Source: a virus. From it: a stretch of DNA of 64,000 nt. Below the pieces are notes generated by a model. It searched no databases, was not told the DNA's origin, and was given only the letters and a program-made list of their open reading frames with translations. The position numbers and the translations under genes are program-made. The DNA is taken from the IMG/VR virus record IMGVR_UViG_3300022468_000627, positions 1 through 64,000 of that record; one strand, given 5' to 3'. Positions 50,954-59,840 of this stretch are shown here, in pieces (position 1 is the first letter of the stretch; each line of letters starts with the position of its first letter).

Positions 50954-52669
50954 TTAGGAAGATGCGGTGCCGCTGTAGGGGACCGCGTAGATGGTCGCGA
51001 GGATGTAGTTCACCGGGATGGCCGGCGAGCACTCGAACTGCACGCGCAGCACGTCACCCTCCAGGGCGGCCGTGATGTTGCGATAGGCCGGGCTCTGCGC
51101 GTCACCCACCAGCACGCCGGGGCCCTGGGGCTCGGCCTTCGCCAGCTCGCTCAAGGCGGACTCGGTGATGCTGATCGCGCGCTGCAGGCTGATCGGGCCA
51201 CCCTTGGCGCCGCGCAGCACGTCCAAGGCCTCGCGCACGCGGCGGGCGGTGTAGTCCAGCGCCCAGCCGGTGGATTGCTCGACCTTCGCGTAGTTGCGGT
51301 CGGACAGCCAGGTGGTGATGGACTTCACGACCTTGTAGCCGGTGTCCACCTTCTCGACGCAGAACACGCCGCCGTTGATCAGCACGTCGGTGTCGGTCGG
51401 GTTGCGCAGCTCGCGCTCCAGGCCGCGCACCTTGATCGCCTTGTTGGTCAGCGGGGTGCCGGGGTTCACGCCAGAGAACGCGCCAGCCACCAGGGCGGCG
51501 GTGATGTAGGGCGGGAACAGGGTCTGCTTGCCGGCCAGGTTGTAGTTGTAGTGGCCGATGTGGACCAGTGAGGTCCGCTTGCTGTTGAGCGACTTGGCGG
51601 CGTCGATCGCCTGCAGGTCGGTCGTGTTGGCCACGGTGCCGCAGATGACGCGGCGCTCCTTAAGGGCAACATCGCTCATGTAGGTGGCGTGCGTGTCAGC
51701 CAGGGCGTGAATGGCGGCGTCACCGCTCACCGGCGAGACCCACTGCACGTCGGCGGTCTGCAGCACCTCGAAGGCGGCAGCCCAGTCGTTGAAAGTGGTC
51801 GTGCCGTCGCTGCCACCGGTCATGAACGTCCAGTCGGCCACAGCCGGGGGCTTGCCGGCGTTGTTCGCGCGGGTGGCGCGGACGAAGTCCTGGGTCGGGC
51901 CGTTCAGCCAGTCGATGACGGCCTGCAGGTCGCCCTTGACGGTGTAGGCGGCAGTCTTGACGTCCTGAGCGGTCACGAAGTCCAGGCCCTGCAGCGCAGG
52001 CGAGTTGTAGCTGGTGTCCAGCACGTTCGCCTCGAAGCCGGCCACCACGTTGATGCGGTCCACCAGGTCGATGATGACGGGGTACTGGGTCAGGTCCAGG
52101 GTCTCGACCACGGTGCCGGCGGGGGCGGACAAGATCACCTGAGTGCCGTTCACCGTGATGGTGGCCGAGGCCTGGCCGCCGGTGTAGTGCACCGAGAACG
52201 CGCGACGCTCGATGTTGTCCTTGGTGTAGTAGTCATTGCCGCGCTTGGTGGTCACGCGCAGGCCCGAGATGCTGCCGGCCTCGACCTTGTACTGCAGCTG
52301 GTTCTCGCGAACGCCGTAGTTGTTCGAGGTCAGGTTCACGACCGTGTTGTTGCTGGCGTCCTTGAGCACGCCCGTGGACTGCACGGCGTTGTCGACGCGG
52401 ATGACGACGACGGTTTCAGGGCCGCCGGTCTCGGGCGACGGGTCGAAGGCGGCGCGCACGGCCTCCAGCAGCTCACCGGAGACCAGCTCGCGCTGCGCCT
52501 CCTGGGGGCTGCCGTAGCGAAGCACGGTCTTCGGCTTGCCGCCGGCGGCGCGGCCCACCAGGGCCACGATGTTGCCGACGGACGAGTTCTTGGGGTCCAG
52601 CGCGCTGTCGTTGATGACCGACGCCGTCGCCGGCGAAACAATCAGCCGGCCGTTGAAAAAAACACTCAT
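50954..52669 (-). CDS. Contractile tail sheath protein
   Basis: 571 aa. N-terminal ...SVGNIVALVGRAAGG... and overall sheath-like organisation. Followed by the tube, chaperone and TMP genes. Confidence 0.85.
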   Translation of the reverse strand: MSVFFNGRLIVSPATASVINDSALDPKNSSVGNIVALVGRAAGGKPKTVLRYGSPQEAQRELVSGELLEAVRAAFDPSPETGGPETVVVIRVDNAVQSTGVLKDASNNTVVNLTSNNYGVRENQLQYKVEAGSISGLRVTTKRGNDYYTKDNIERRAFSVHYTGGQASATITVNGTQVILSAPAGTVVETLDLTQYPVIIDLVDRINVVAGFEANVLDTSYNSPALQGLDFVTAQDVKTAAYTVKGDLQAVIDWLNGPTQDFVRATRANNAGKPPAVADWTFMTGGSDGTTTFNDWAAAFEVLQTADVQWVSPVSGDAAIHALADTHATYMSDVALKERRVICGTVANTTDLQAIDAAKSLNSKRTSLVHIGHYNYNLAGKQTLFPPYITAALVAGAFSGVNPGTPLTNKAIKVRGLERELRNPTDTDVLINGGVFCVEKVDTGYKVVKSITTWLSDRNYAKVEQSTGWALDYTARRVREALDVLRGAKGGPISLQRAISITESALSELAKAEPQGPGVLVGDAQSPAYRNITAALEGDVLRVQFECSPAIPVNYILATIYAVPYSGTASS

Positions 52670-52681
52670 GGAAAACCTCGC

Positions 52682-52891
52682 TTAAACGGGAGTGTTGACG
52701 AAGGCGTCGAACCGCTGGCGGAAAGCCGCAGCGGTGTCCTTGAGGCGGCCGGCCCGCTTTTCGACGTGCTCGAAGCCGCCGATCAGCTCAGGGCGGGTGA
52801 TGGTTTCGGACAGCCGAGTGCAGAACTCGACCAGGGTGATCTTGGCCTCGGCCTGAACCTCGTCGGCCACGGCGGTATCGTTTTTAGGCAT
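52682..52891 (-). CDS. Small hypothetical protein (69 aa)
   Basis: Trimmed to ATG 52891 (MPKNDTAVADEVQ...). Overlaps the upstream stop by 8 nt. Confidence 0.45.
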   Translation of the reverse strand: MPKNDTAVADEVQAEAKITLVEFCTRLSETITRPELIGGFEHVEKRAGRLKDTAAAFRQRFDAFVNTPV

Positions 52892-53720
52892 TCGCGCTCC
52901 TTGAAATGACTTGGGAAATGGCAGCCACCGGGCCGCCAACACGGACAGGCGCGACGCACGAAAAAGTGCCCACCGCCTGGTACAGCTGAGCCGGGTACTC
53001 GCCGTTGATGGCGTCGATGTCCTGCAGGGACAGGCTGACCTCGGCCCAGCCGAAGCCGTCGAACACGTCCAGATTGCCGATGATCAGACGACGGATCGCC
53101 TTGCGCAGCTCGATGCGCTGGTCGCTGTTGAGACTCCAGCCCACGACGGTGACGCGCACGCGCGCCCACCAGCCCTGGGACTCGTTCCACTCGAAGCCTG
53201 GGGAATCGAAGGTGTCGCCCGAGATGCACTCACCAATGCCGCGCTCCTCGGGGTCTTCGCCCTCCAGGTGCAGCGTCACCAGCGGAAACCGCAGCTGCTG
53301 CTCCAGGGATGGCGGCGCCGTGTAGACCTCGATGTAGCCAGCGTCGGTCTGGAAGTTGCCTCGGTCGCATTCGACCTTGAGCCCGACCTCCAGCCGCTCG
53401 CGCAGGTGCGACATGACGTCGGTCGTGTGCTCCTCGTAGTCGGCCACGGCCGTGCCGCTCATCACCGGGCCCGGCGTCCACGTGACGCGGTCAGAGGTGA
53501 AAAACGGGCAGTAGAACTGCGGCACCTCGTTGGGCACGCTGTTCGAGTCGATGATGACGTCCTCGGTGCCCTGGTAGACCAGCAGCGCATCCGGGTCGTC
53601 GTGCCCGGTGAACGTGCCAGTCCCCTTGCGCAACACCTTCCACTCGCTGGCGCCCGCCGGCGGCGCGAAGAACAGCCGCAGCGCATTGCCAACGTGGAGA
53701 GGTTGGATCGTGGTGATCAT
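52884..53720 (-). CDS. Hypothetical neck/tail-completion protein (278 aa)
   Basis: The ATG lacks an SD and lies 9 nt after a junction-motif copy. First gene of the sheath-proximal transcription unit. Confidence 0.6.
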   Translation of the reverse strand: MITTIQPLHVGNALRLFFAPPAGASEWKVLRKGTGTFTGHDDPDALLVYQGTEDVIIDSNSVPNEVPQFYCPFFTSDRVTWTPGPVMSGTAVADYEEHTTDVMSHLRERLEVGLKVECDRGNFQTDAGYIEVYTAPPSLEQQLRFPLVTLHLEGEDPEERGIGECISGDTFDSPGFEWNESQGWWARVRVTVVGWSLNSDQRIELRKAIRRLIIGNLDVFDGFGWAEVSLSLQDIDAINGEYPAQLYQAVGTFSCVAPVRVGGPVAAISQVISRSANA

Positions 53721-53728
53721 GACGGGCT

Positions 53729-53746
53729 CATTCTCTTGTCACGACG
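53729..53746 (-). promoter_or_regulatory. Junction motif copy (CGTCGTGAC-AA-GAGAATG)
   Basis: The hexamer ends 9 nt before ATG 53720, with no SD. It is the inverted partner of 53751..53767. Confidence 0.55.
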
Positions 53747-53750
53747 CCAT

Positions 53751-53767
53751 GGCGTGACGGCAGAATG
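53751..53767 (+). promoter_or_regulatory. Junction motif copy (GGCGTGAC-GG-CAGAATG)
   Basis: The hexamer ends 6 nt before ATG 53773, with no SD. It is arranged back-to-back with 53729..53746. Confidence 0.55.
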
Positions 53768-53772
53768 GCCGC

Positions 53773-54543
53773 ATGCGCTACTCCATCAGCTTTGAACTGA
53801 CCTCGCAGCTCGACCTGGCATCTGGCTTCAATGCCCGGGTCTTTCCGCTGATCAACCAGGCGGTGAACGCCGTCGCCCAGGCCACGGCGGCGAACTGGCG
53901 CGAGGCGGTGATGCGCGCCCGGTTGTGGAGCGGCGAAAAGGACGCCTACGCCGGCTCCATCGCCTACCGCATGACCGGCGATTTCAGCGCCGTGGTGTTC
54001 TCGGACTACAAGAACGCCCAGGAAATTGAGACCGGCCGGCCGCCGCGCGACCTCAAGAAGATGCTGCAGACCAGCATGAAGGTGCGCGTGAGCAAGAAGG
54101 GCCTGCGCTACCTGATCATCCCGTTCCGCCACGGCGCGCCGGGGTCGAACAGCAACCCCATGCCGGCCGACGTCTACCAGCAGGCCAAGATGCTGACGGC
54201 CAGCAACATTGTCGGCCACGGCCGGCGCCTGTCTGGCACCGGGGCGTGGAGCCTCAAGACGCAGCAGCCGGCCACGGTGCGTCAGCGCAAGTACAAGTGG
54301 GGCGAACGGATGGATGGCCCGGACGTGCCGCGCCACCAACAAGGCATGGTGCGCATGGACACCAGCACCAAGAACCAGAAGCGCAGCACGTACCTGACGT
54401 TCCGGGTGATGTCGGAGAAGTCGCGCGGCTGGATCGTGCCCGCCCAGCCCGGTCAGAACATCGTCCAGGGCGTCACCGACAACATGCGCCCGATCGCCGA
54501 TCGCATCTTCAAGGAAGCCGGCAATCTCTCGATGAAAGGTTAG
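53773..54543 (+). CDS. Hypothetical morphogenesis-like protein on the opposite strand of the late cluster (256 aa)
   Basis: K-containing, protein-like sequence (…ETGRPPRDLKKMLQTSMKVRVSKKGLRYLIIPFRHG…). The overlapping minus ORF 53728..54561 is R/A/G/H-rich shadow sequence. The ATG lacks an SD and lies 6 nt after a motif copy. Confidence 0.65.
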   Translation: MRYSISFELTSQLDLASGFNARVFPLINQAVNAVAQATAANWREAVMRARLWSGEKDAYAGSIAYRMTGDFSAVVFSDYKNAQEIETGRPPRDLKKMLQTSMKVRVSKKGLRYLIIPFRHGAPGSNSNPMPADVYQQAKMLTASNIVGHGRRLSGTGAWSLKTQQPATVRQRKYKWGERMDGPDVPRHQQGMVRMDTSTKNQKRSTYLTFRVMSEKSRGWIVPAQPGQNIVQGVTDNMRPIADRIFKEAGNLSMKG

Positions 54544-55187
54544 CGCCCGAACAGGTCCCACTTGCGCGCGGTCACGCGCTTGGGAAGGCGCATCCCGCTG
54601 TGCTCATTGCGGTCGCTGGGGAGCTCAAGGAAGATGAAATATTCGTCAAATTTGGTGCCCGTCAGCGAGTACGTGACGCCGGCCGGCGGCTCCAGCGCGC
54701 CGGGCGCCCAGGACAGGTTGCCGTTGGCGTCCACCGTCGGCAGATCGCCCTCGACGATGACCTCGCGGTTCTGCGGGTGCAGCCAGAAGCAGCGGGCGAT
54801 CTTCTCGGGCTTGAACAGCAGCCGTTCCTTGAACGAGCCGCGCTTGAGCGGCATGCTGAACACGTCAGTGCTGTTGAGCATGAGGATGCGGTCGTACTGG
54901 CCGCCCAGCTCCCACACAGGGCTCGACTGCGGGATGGTGAGCACCATGTCGCCAGCCTCATACGAGCCCGAGTTTTGCCACTGCAGCTGCACGGACTGGC
55001 TGGCAACGCCGACCACGGTGCTGACCGCCGGATCCCACAGCCGCCCCTTGCCCTGGCAGAGCGCATGCTTGGGGTCTGGCGCGCCCGAGTCCGGGCTGAC
55101 GCACGCGCAGCCGTAGGAGTGCCGCCAGGTGACGGCCTGGCCGATGTTCTCCAGGAAGCGGTCGAAGGCCGCAGCGTTGAAGCGCAT
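54540..55187 (-). CDS. Hypothetical head-tail joining protein (215 aa)
   Basis: ATG 55187 is coupled (TGATG) to the upstream stop; GTG 55190 is an alternative start. Its stop converges on the plus-strand gene (TTAG). Confidence 0.6.
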   Translation of the reverse strand: MRFNAAAFDRFLENIGQAVTWRHSYGCACVSPDSGAPDPKHALCQGKGRLWDPAVSTVVGVASQSVQLQWQNSGSYEAGDMVLTIPQSSPVWELGGQYDRILMLNSTDVFSMPLKRGSFKERLLFKPEKIARCFWLHPQNREVIVEGDLPTVDANGNLSWAPGALEPPAGVTYSLTGTKFDEYFIFLELPSDRNEHSGMRLPKRVTARKWDLFGR

Positions 55188-56293
55188 CACATCACCCCGA
55201 TGCGAATGCCATGGATGGCCGACATCAGCCCGCCGTTCGAGCCTTTGCCGCCGTGCAGGATGCGGTCAATCGTGTCGGAGTGCTTCTCCATGTCGTTGCT
55301 GATCGACTGGCTCAGGCCGTCCGCGCTGATCGAGCCGGACGCCGGCAGGAAAGCGTCCTCGATGATCTTGAGCGCGGCCTTCTTGTAGACCACGTCCAGC
55401 AGCTCGGGGTAGTTCGCCGGCACGTCCTTGAGGCCCGCCACGTAGGTGATTTGGATCGCCAACGGGATGGTGCGCCCCTGGCCGATGGCCTGCATGACGA
55501 AGGCGTTGAGCGGCGCCGCGAACGAGGTTGCGGACGGCACAAACTGGATCTGGCCGTACTTGCGGTCGGCGCGAATCCAGTCCAGCGGCAGGTCATAGTG
55601 CGCCGTGGGGCCGCCCGGGTAGGCGAAGCGCACGCGGCTGACCGACTGCAGCGGCTTGTTGCGGAGCTTGATCATGCCCCACTTGTCGTTGAACTGAAAA
55701 TCGCTGGGCTGGTAGTCGTAGCCCGGGTCCACGCCCCAAGGCTGGCCGTTGAGCGCGTCGATTTCGGCCTGGCTGGGCTCATCGGGGAAGAACGCCGTGG
55801 GCGCCAGCGGCACGCGCAGCTCGTGCGCTATCTCGGCCTCGGCGGCGCGCAGCTTGTCCCAAAGGAAGTCGTCGCCCACGTCCACGGTCGGCATGGCGCC
55901 GGCGGCCGCCAGCATGAGGCGGTCGCGGCGCAGCTTGGCCACGGCCAGCATGCGGTTCGGGAACAGCGCCGAGCCGGCTGCATTGCTGTCGTCGACCAGG
56001 TAGAGGCGGATGGTGCGCTCGTCGCGCCGGCCCTGGGTGGAGACGACGGTGTTCGTCAGCACGTACCAGGTCCAGGCCTGGGCGTTTTGCGCCTGCACCC
56101 ACACCGACGCGCTGGCGCCGCTCACGCCGGGGGTGTTCAGGGTGAGCGCGGCGTCAGCCGACCAGGTGCTGGTGTTGATCGTGTCGCCGGGGGCGAGCGC
56201 CAACCAATCGGACCAGTCGATGCGGTAGTCGAGGTAGGCGTCCTTGTCCTGCTGCGCCCACAGCCCCGTGCTGTCCTGGTTGAGTGTTGCCAT
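55187..56293 (-). CDS. Hypothetical head-tail adaptor-like protein (368 aa)
   Basis: ATG 56293 is preferred over the track TTG 56299. Position follows the repeat protein. Confidence 0.6.
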   Translation of the reverse strand: MATLNQDSTGLWAQQDKDAYLDYRIDWSDWLALAPGDTINTSTWSADAALTLNTPGVSGASASVWVQAQNAQAWTWYVLTNTVVSTQGRRDERTIRLYLVDDSNAAGSALFPNRMLAVAKLRRDRLMLAAAGAMPTVDVGDDFLWDKLRAAEAEIAHELRVPLAPTAFFPDEPSQAEIDALNGQPWGVDPGYDYQPSDFQFNDKWGMIKLRNKPLQSVSRVRFAYPGGPTAHYDLPLDWIRADRKYGQIQFVPSATSFAAPLNAFVMQAIGQGRTIPLAIQITYVAGLKDVPANYPELLDVVYKKAALKIIEDAFLPASGSISADGLSQSISNDMEKHSDTIDRILHGGKGSNGGLMSAIHGIRIGVM

Positions 56294-56295
56294 GG

Positions 56296-58530
56296 TCAAG
56301 CCTTGAATGAACGTCCAGCGACGATGGTAAATTCACGACCGCCAGCGCCCGCCCGGGCCCGGCGGGCCGGCGCGACGGTGGTGCGCGACACCCGTGCGGC
56401 CGCCGTGACTCCAGCCGATCGGGCGGCTTCCATGGTGAGCGTCCGGTCGGCCGGGGTGGCGTTCGCGACGAAGTAGACAGCGCCCCCGCCTGAGCCCTGC
56501 CGCTGCAAAGCCAGCGTGCCGGTGATCTTGTGCACTTGGAACACGCGCGCGCTGGCGCTCAACGGCTCAGCCACACCGCCATCCCCGGCCAGCTCGTGCG
56601 CCTGCTCAATCCCCCCAGCCGCTGCAGCCGCGGCCTGGGCCATGGCAGCGGCCAGCAGCTTGTGCACTTGGGCCAGCGCAGCATCGAGGCTTGCCGCCGT
56701 CTGCAGGCAGTCTGCCGCAGCGACTTCCTGGTTGCGGGTGACCCGCCCGGCGGCCGCCGCAGCATCCTGGGATGTGGCCGAGGAAGCCAGCTGGTGCACA
56801 CCCAGCACCACACCCGGCGCACAGGAAGCCGACTGGGCCGACCCGGCGCCGCGCAGGTTGTGGGCCAGCGCGATGACGCCGGCGCCAGAGGTCTGCGATT
56901 GGGTGGACGCCTGGCCGGCCATGCCCAGCGCCTGCGCCAGCGCGCCGGTCGACGAGATCGCCGCCGCCGACGAAGGAGCCCCGGCCAGGGGGTGCACCTG
57001 CCGGGCGACCCCGGCCCCGCTCGCGGCAGACTGCGCCGCAGGCGCGCCGGCCAGCACGTGAGCGACCACCACGGCTCCGGCAGCGGATGCGTGGGCTTCG
57101 GTCGCGGTGGCGCCAGCCAGGATGTTGACGGCGACCAGCGCGCCGGTGCCGGCTTGGTTTGCCTGGGAGACTCCGGCCCCGGCCAGCGCCTGCGCCTGGG
57201 TGATGGTGCCTGCACCAGCCGCGCCGGCCTGGGACGATGCGCCGCCGGCGAGCTGGTGCACCTGGGCCACCTGCCCGGGGCTGCACACCGGCTGCTGGGT
57301 GACGCTTGCGCCAGCGGTGGCCGTGGCGAGAACGACGACGCCGACCGACGAGGCAGCCGCCTGCTGGGCGCCCTGCCCGGCCAGGGCGTGCAGCTGCACG
57401 GCGGCGCTTGCCGATGACGCGCCGGCTTGGGAAGCCGACGCGGCGGCAAGCACCTGGGCCTGCCAAATGGCGCCGGCTGCAGCCGCGCCCGTCTGGGAGC
57501 AGGCCGCCGCCGCCAGCACGTGCGCCTGGGTTTCAGCACCGGTGCTGCTGGCGCTTGCCTGCTGGCACGCCGCGCCGGCCAGCAGCTGAACCTGCACCAC
57601 GGCCGCCGCGCCGCTGGAGGCGCCCTGCGAGGACGTGGCCCCAGCCAGCACAGCGGTCTGGCCGGCCGCGCCAGCCGTGGCCGACGCGGATTGCAGCGCC
57701 CCGGCGGCGGCGAGGATGTGCACCAGGGAGGCCGCGCCCGCGCCGCTGGCGGCCAACTGCTGGGCAGACGCTGCCGCCAAAGCCTGAATCTGGGTCACGG
57801 CGCCCGCCGCCGAGCCGGCCGCTTGAGTGGATCCGGCGCCGGCGATCGCGTGCACCTGGGCCGCGCCGCCCGTGCCTGCCGTGCTGGCCTGCGAAGACGC
57901 AGCGCCGAGCAGGGCCAGGGCCTGCACCACGGTGCCGGTTCCCGATGCGTTGGCCTGGGTCGATCCGGCGCCAACCAGCGCCACGGCCAAGGCCACGGCG
58001 CCAGCGCTGGAGGCGTTCCCCTGAGAGCTTGCCGAGCCTGCGGTGGCGTGCACCTGGCCGGCAACGCCGGTCGCAGAGGATGCCGTCTGGCTGGCGCCCG
58101 CTGCGGCCAGAACCTGCACGCCGGTAACGGCGCCGGTTGCCGACGACTGCGCCTGGCTGGAGGCCGCCGCCTGCAGGGCCTGGGTGAGCACGACGACGCC
58201 AGTGCTGGCCGTCTGAGCCTGAGAGGTGGCCGACACGGCCAGGGCGTGGACCTGGGTCTCGACGCCGGTGCCGGCAGCGTTGGCCTGGGTGCTGCCAGCC
58301 CCGGCCAGCAGCGCCACCTGGGAGGCCGTGCCGGTGCTGGTCGTGGCAGCCTGGGTGACGGACGTCCCGGTGAGGGAGATGGTCGACGGCGAGGCCGCCG
58401 CGTTCAGGAAGAAGGCCGCAGCCAGGTTCTTGACGAGCGGGCTTTTCGCCACCAGCCGGCTGGCGAGCCGGGAGGCGCCGCCGCGCCCGGTTCGGCCAGC
58501 CCCGGGGAAGCCTCGGCGCAGCCGGGCCAT
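56296..58530 (-). CDS. Virion-module protein made of 28 tandem 22-residue A/G/S/T/Q/V-rich repeats (744 aa)
   Basis: The frame was chosen by coupling to neighbours: the ATG lies 3 nt after the upstream TAA, and its own stop lies 2 nt before the next ATG. Residues 53-668 parse into 28 units of exactly 22 aa (e.g. LAGAGSTQANAAGTGVETQVHA). Confidence 0.7.
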   Translation of the reverse strand: MARLRRGFPGAGRTGRGGASRLASRLVAKSPLVKNLAAAFFLNAAASPSTISLTGTSVTQAATTSTGTASQVALLAGAGSTQANAAGTGVETQVHALAVSATSQAQTASTGVVVLTQALQAAASSQAQSSATGAVTGVQVLAAAGASQTASSATGVAGQVHATAGSASSQGNASSAGAVALAVALVGAGSTQANASGTGTVVQALALLGAASSQASTAGTGGAAQVHAIAGAGSTQAAGSAAGAVTQIQALAAASAQQLAASGAGAASLVHILAAAGALQSASATAGAAGQTAVLAGATSSQGASSGAAAVVQVQLLAGAACQQASASSTGAETQAHVLAAAACSQTGAAAAGAIWQAQVLAAASASQAGASSASAAVQLHALAGQGAQQAAASSVGVVVLATATAGASVTQQPVCSPGQVAQVHQLAGGASSQAGAAGAGTITQAQALAGAGVSQANQAGTGALVAVNILAGATATEAHASAAGAVVVAHVLAGAPAAQSAASGAGVARQVHPLAGAPSSAAAISSTGALAQALGMAGQASTQSQTSGAGVIALAHNLRGAGSAQSASCAPGVVLGVHQLASSATSQDAAAAAGRVTRNQEVAAADCLQTAASLDAALAQVHKLLAAAMAQAAAAAAGGIEQAHELAGDGGVAEPLSASARVFQVHKITGTLALQRQGSGGGAVYFVANATPADRTLTMEAARSAGVTAAARVSRTTVAPARRARAGAGGREFTIVAGRSFKA
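56527..58374 (-). repeat. Coding tandem repeat, 66-nt period x 28, diverged copies
   Basis: Hand parsing of the protein found no indels between units. All six frames are open here because of the composition. Confidence 0.8.
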
Positions 58531-58533
58531 GGC

Positions 58534-59346
58534 TTACCCGTTGACGACCAGCATGCGGCAGGTCGGCACGCCGGTGCTGGTGCTGTCGGCCTGCGCAACC
58601 AGCCACAGGCAGGACTCGGCCCACACCTGCGGCGCGCCGATCATGTCCCAGGCCTGGGCGTCTACGGCGTTCGCCACCCGCACGTCGAACTCGGCCAAGC
58701 GCCGGGCCAGGATGACGTTGAACGCGCCGGCCGTGGCAACCGTGCCGCCGACCGTCACGCTCTCGATCTTCTGCACGCCCTTGTCGCCAGCCTGCAGCGG
58801 CATGGCGATGACGCGCGGCGTGGTGAAGCCCGACAGGGACGCCGTGGCGCCGGTGGTGCGCCCGGTGGCGCCGGTCTCGTTGGTGTAGTTCACCGACACG
58901 GTGGTGGCCGTGGCCGAGAACGTGGTGGTCAGCTCCAGCAGGATCTCGCAGTCAGCGAAGTCCGTGCCGCCCGGCACGCGGCCGGTGATCGACGGCTGGC
59001 TGGCGAACGTGGTCGTGGCGAGGGCCGTGGCCGACACGGCGCCAGCGCCCCAGAGCCGGTCGTACAGGATGGCGCCGCCGGTCACGCTGTTGCGGAAGTT
59101 CGCCGCCGCCAGGTAGCCCGTGGCACTGGCGCCCAGTGCGTTGAGCAGAGGCGCGCCGGCCGTGGCGTCGGTGAACAGCACGCCGGCCGCTGTGTTGCCG
59201 ACCGCCATCGTGCCGGCGCCAGGGTTGCCGGCCGTGCCCCACAGCGAGAACTGCTGCGCCGCCACCGAGGTGACGGCGGCGGTCTTGCGGATGGAAGCCC
59301 ATTGCCGGGCGGCCGCAAACCAGCCGTCGGCGGTAGTGATCGCCAT
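58534..59346 (-). CDS. Hypothetical virion protein (270 aa)
   Basis: A/T/G-rich beta-type sequence. Tightly packed with its neighbours. Confidence 0.6.
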   Translation of the reverse strand: MAITTADGWFAAARQWASIRKTAAVTSVAAQQFSLWGTAGNPGAGTMAVGNTAAGVLFTDATAGAPLLNALGASATGYLAAANFRNSVTGGAILYDRLWGAGAVSATALATTTFASQPSITGRVPGGTDFADCEILLELTTTFSATATTVSVNYTNETGATGRTTGATASLSGFTTPRVIAMPLQAGDKGVQKIESVTVGGTVATAGAFNVILARRLAEFDVRVANAVDAQAWDMIGAPQVWAESCLWLVAQADSTSTGVPTCRMLVVNG

Positions 59347-59352
59347 GGCCTA

Positions 59353-59736
59353 TCAGGTGGGCTGGTTGGACGTGTAGGTCAGCTGCGGGAAGTTGACCGT
59401 GTTGCCGGACGTGATGACCTGGTCGGTGGTTTCGTCCGTCACCCACAGCACCTTGGCCGAGCCGTCGGTGAACGCGATGTGCAGGTTCGGCGAGGCGCCA
59501 GACCCGGCCGAGGCCGTCGCACTCTTGCCGGCGGCCGTGGTCAGCACGCGATTGTTGCCGGACGAGGTGATCGTGTAGTCACCGGCCACCATGGTGACAT
59601 CGGCCAGCAGGTTGCTGACCACGGTCGCGTAGCTGTCGCCGGCCGTATAGGCCTTGATCAGCAGCATGTGCGTGGCCGCGTTCTTGATGGCGTTCAGGCC
59701 ACCATCCAGCACATCGGAATGAACGAACTTCGCCAT
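59353..59736 (-). CDS. Hypothetical virion protein (127 aa)
   Basis: TAGGAG SD. First gene after the terminator plus junction motif. Confidence 0.6.
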   Translation of the reverse strand: MAKFVHSDVLDGGLNAIKNAATHMLLIKAYTAGDSYATVVSNLLADVTMVAGDYTITSSGNNRVLTTAAGKSATASAGSGASPNLHIAFTDGSAKVLWVTDETTDQVITSGNTVNFPQLTYTSNQPT

Positions 59737-59771
59737 TTCGGCTCCTAAATGAAACTTTTGGTAACAGTGAT

Positions 59772-59789
59772 GATTCTGGCGTCACGACG
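59772..59789 (-). promoter_or_regulatory. Junction motif copy (CGTCGTGAC-GC-CAGAATC)
   Basis: Lies immediately downstream of the terminator 59790..59815 and 36 nt (including the TAGGAG SD) before ATG 59736. Confidence 0.6.
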
Positions 59790-59815
59790 AAAAAAGGGCT
59801 GCCGTGAGGCAGCCC
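59790..59815 (-). terminator. Rho-independent terminator inside late region
   Basis: Minus strand: GGGCTGCC-TCAC-GGCAGCCC followed by TTTTTT, directly abutting the junction-motif copy. Confidence 0.8.
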
Positions 59816-59840
59816 TTCGGGTCATCGCGCCGACCGTTCG

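Noticed and set aside
53728-54561. Minus-strand 277-aa ORF that would keep the late cluster uniformly leftward
   Set aside because: It has H/R/A/G-rich shadow composition and no coupled start. The plus-strand ORF has ordinary protein composition and its own motif-associated ATG.
56527-58374. A 66-nt periodic repeat read as a CRISPR-like or non-coding satellite array
   Set aside because: The units are contiguous, with no spacers. They are diverged and in phase with a coupled open reading frame, which indicates a coding protein repeat.
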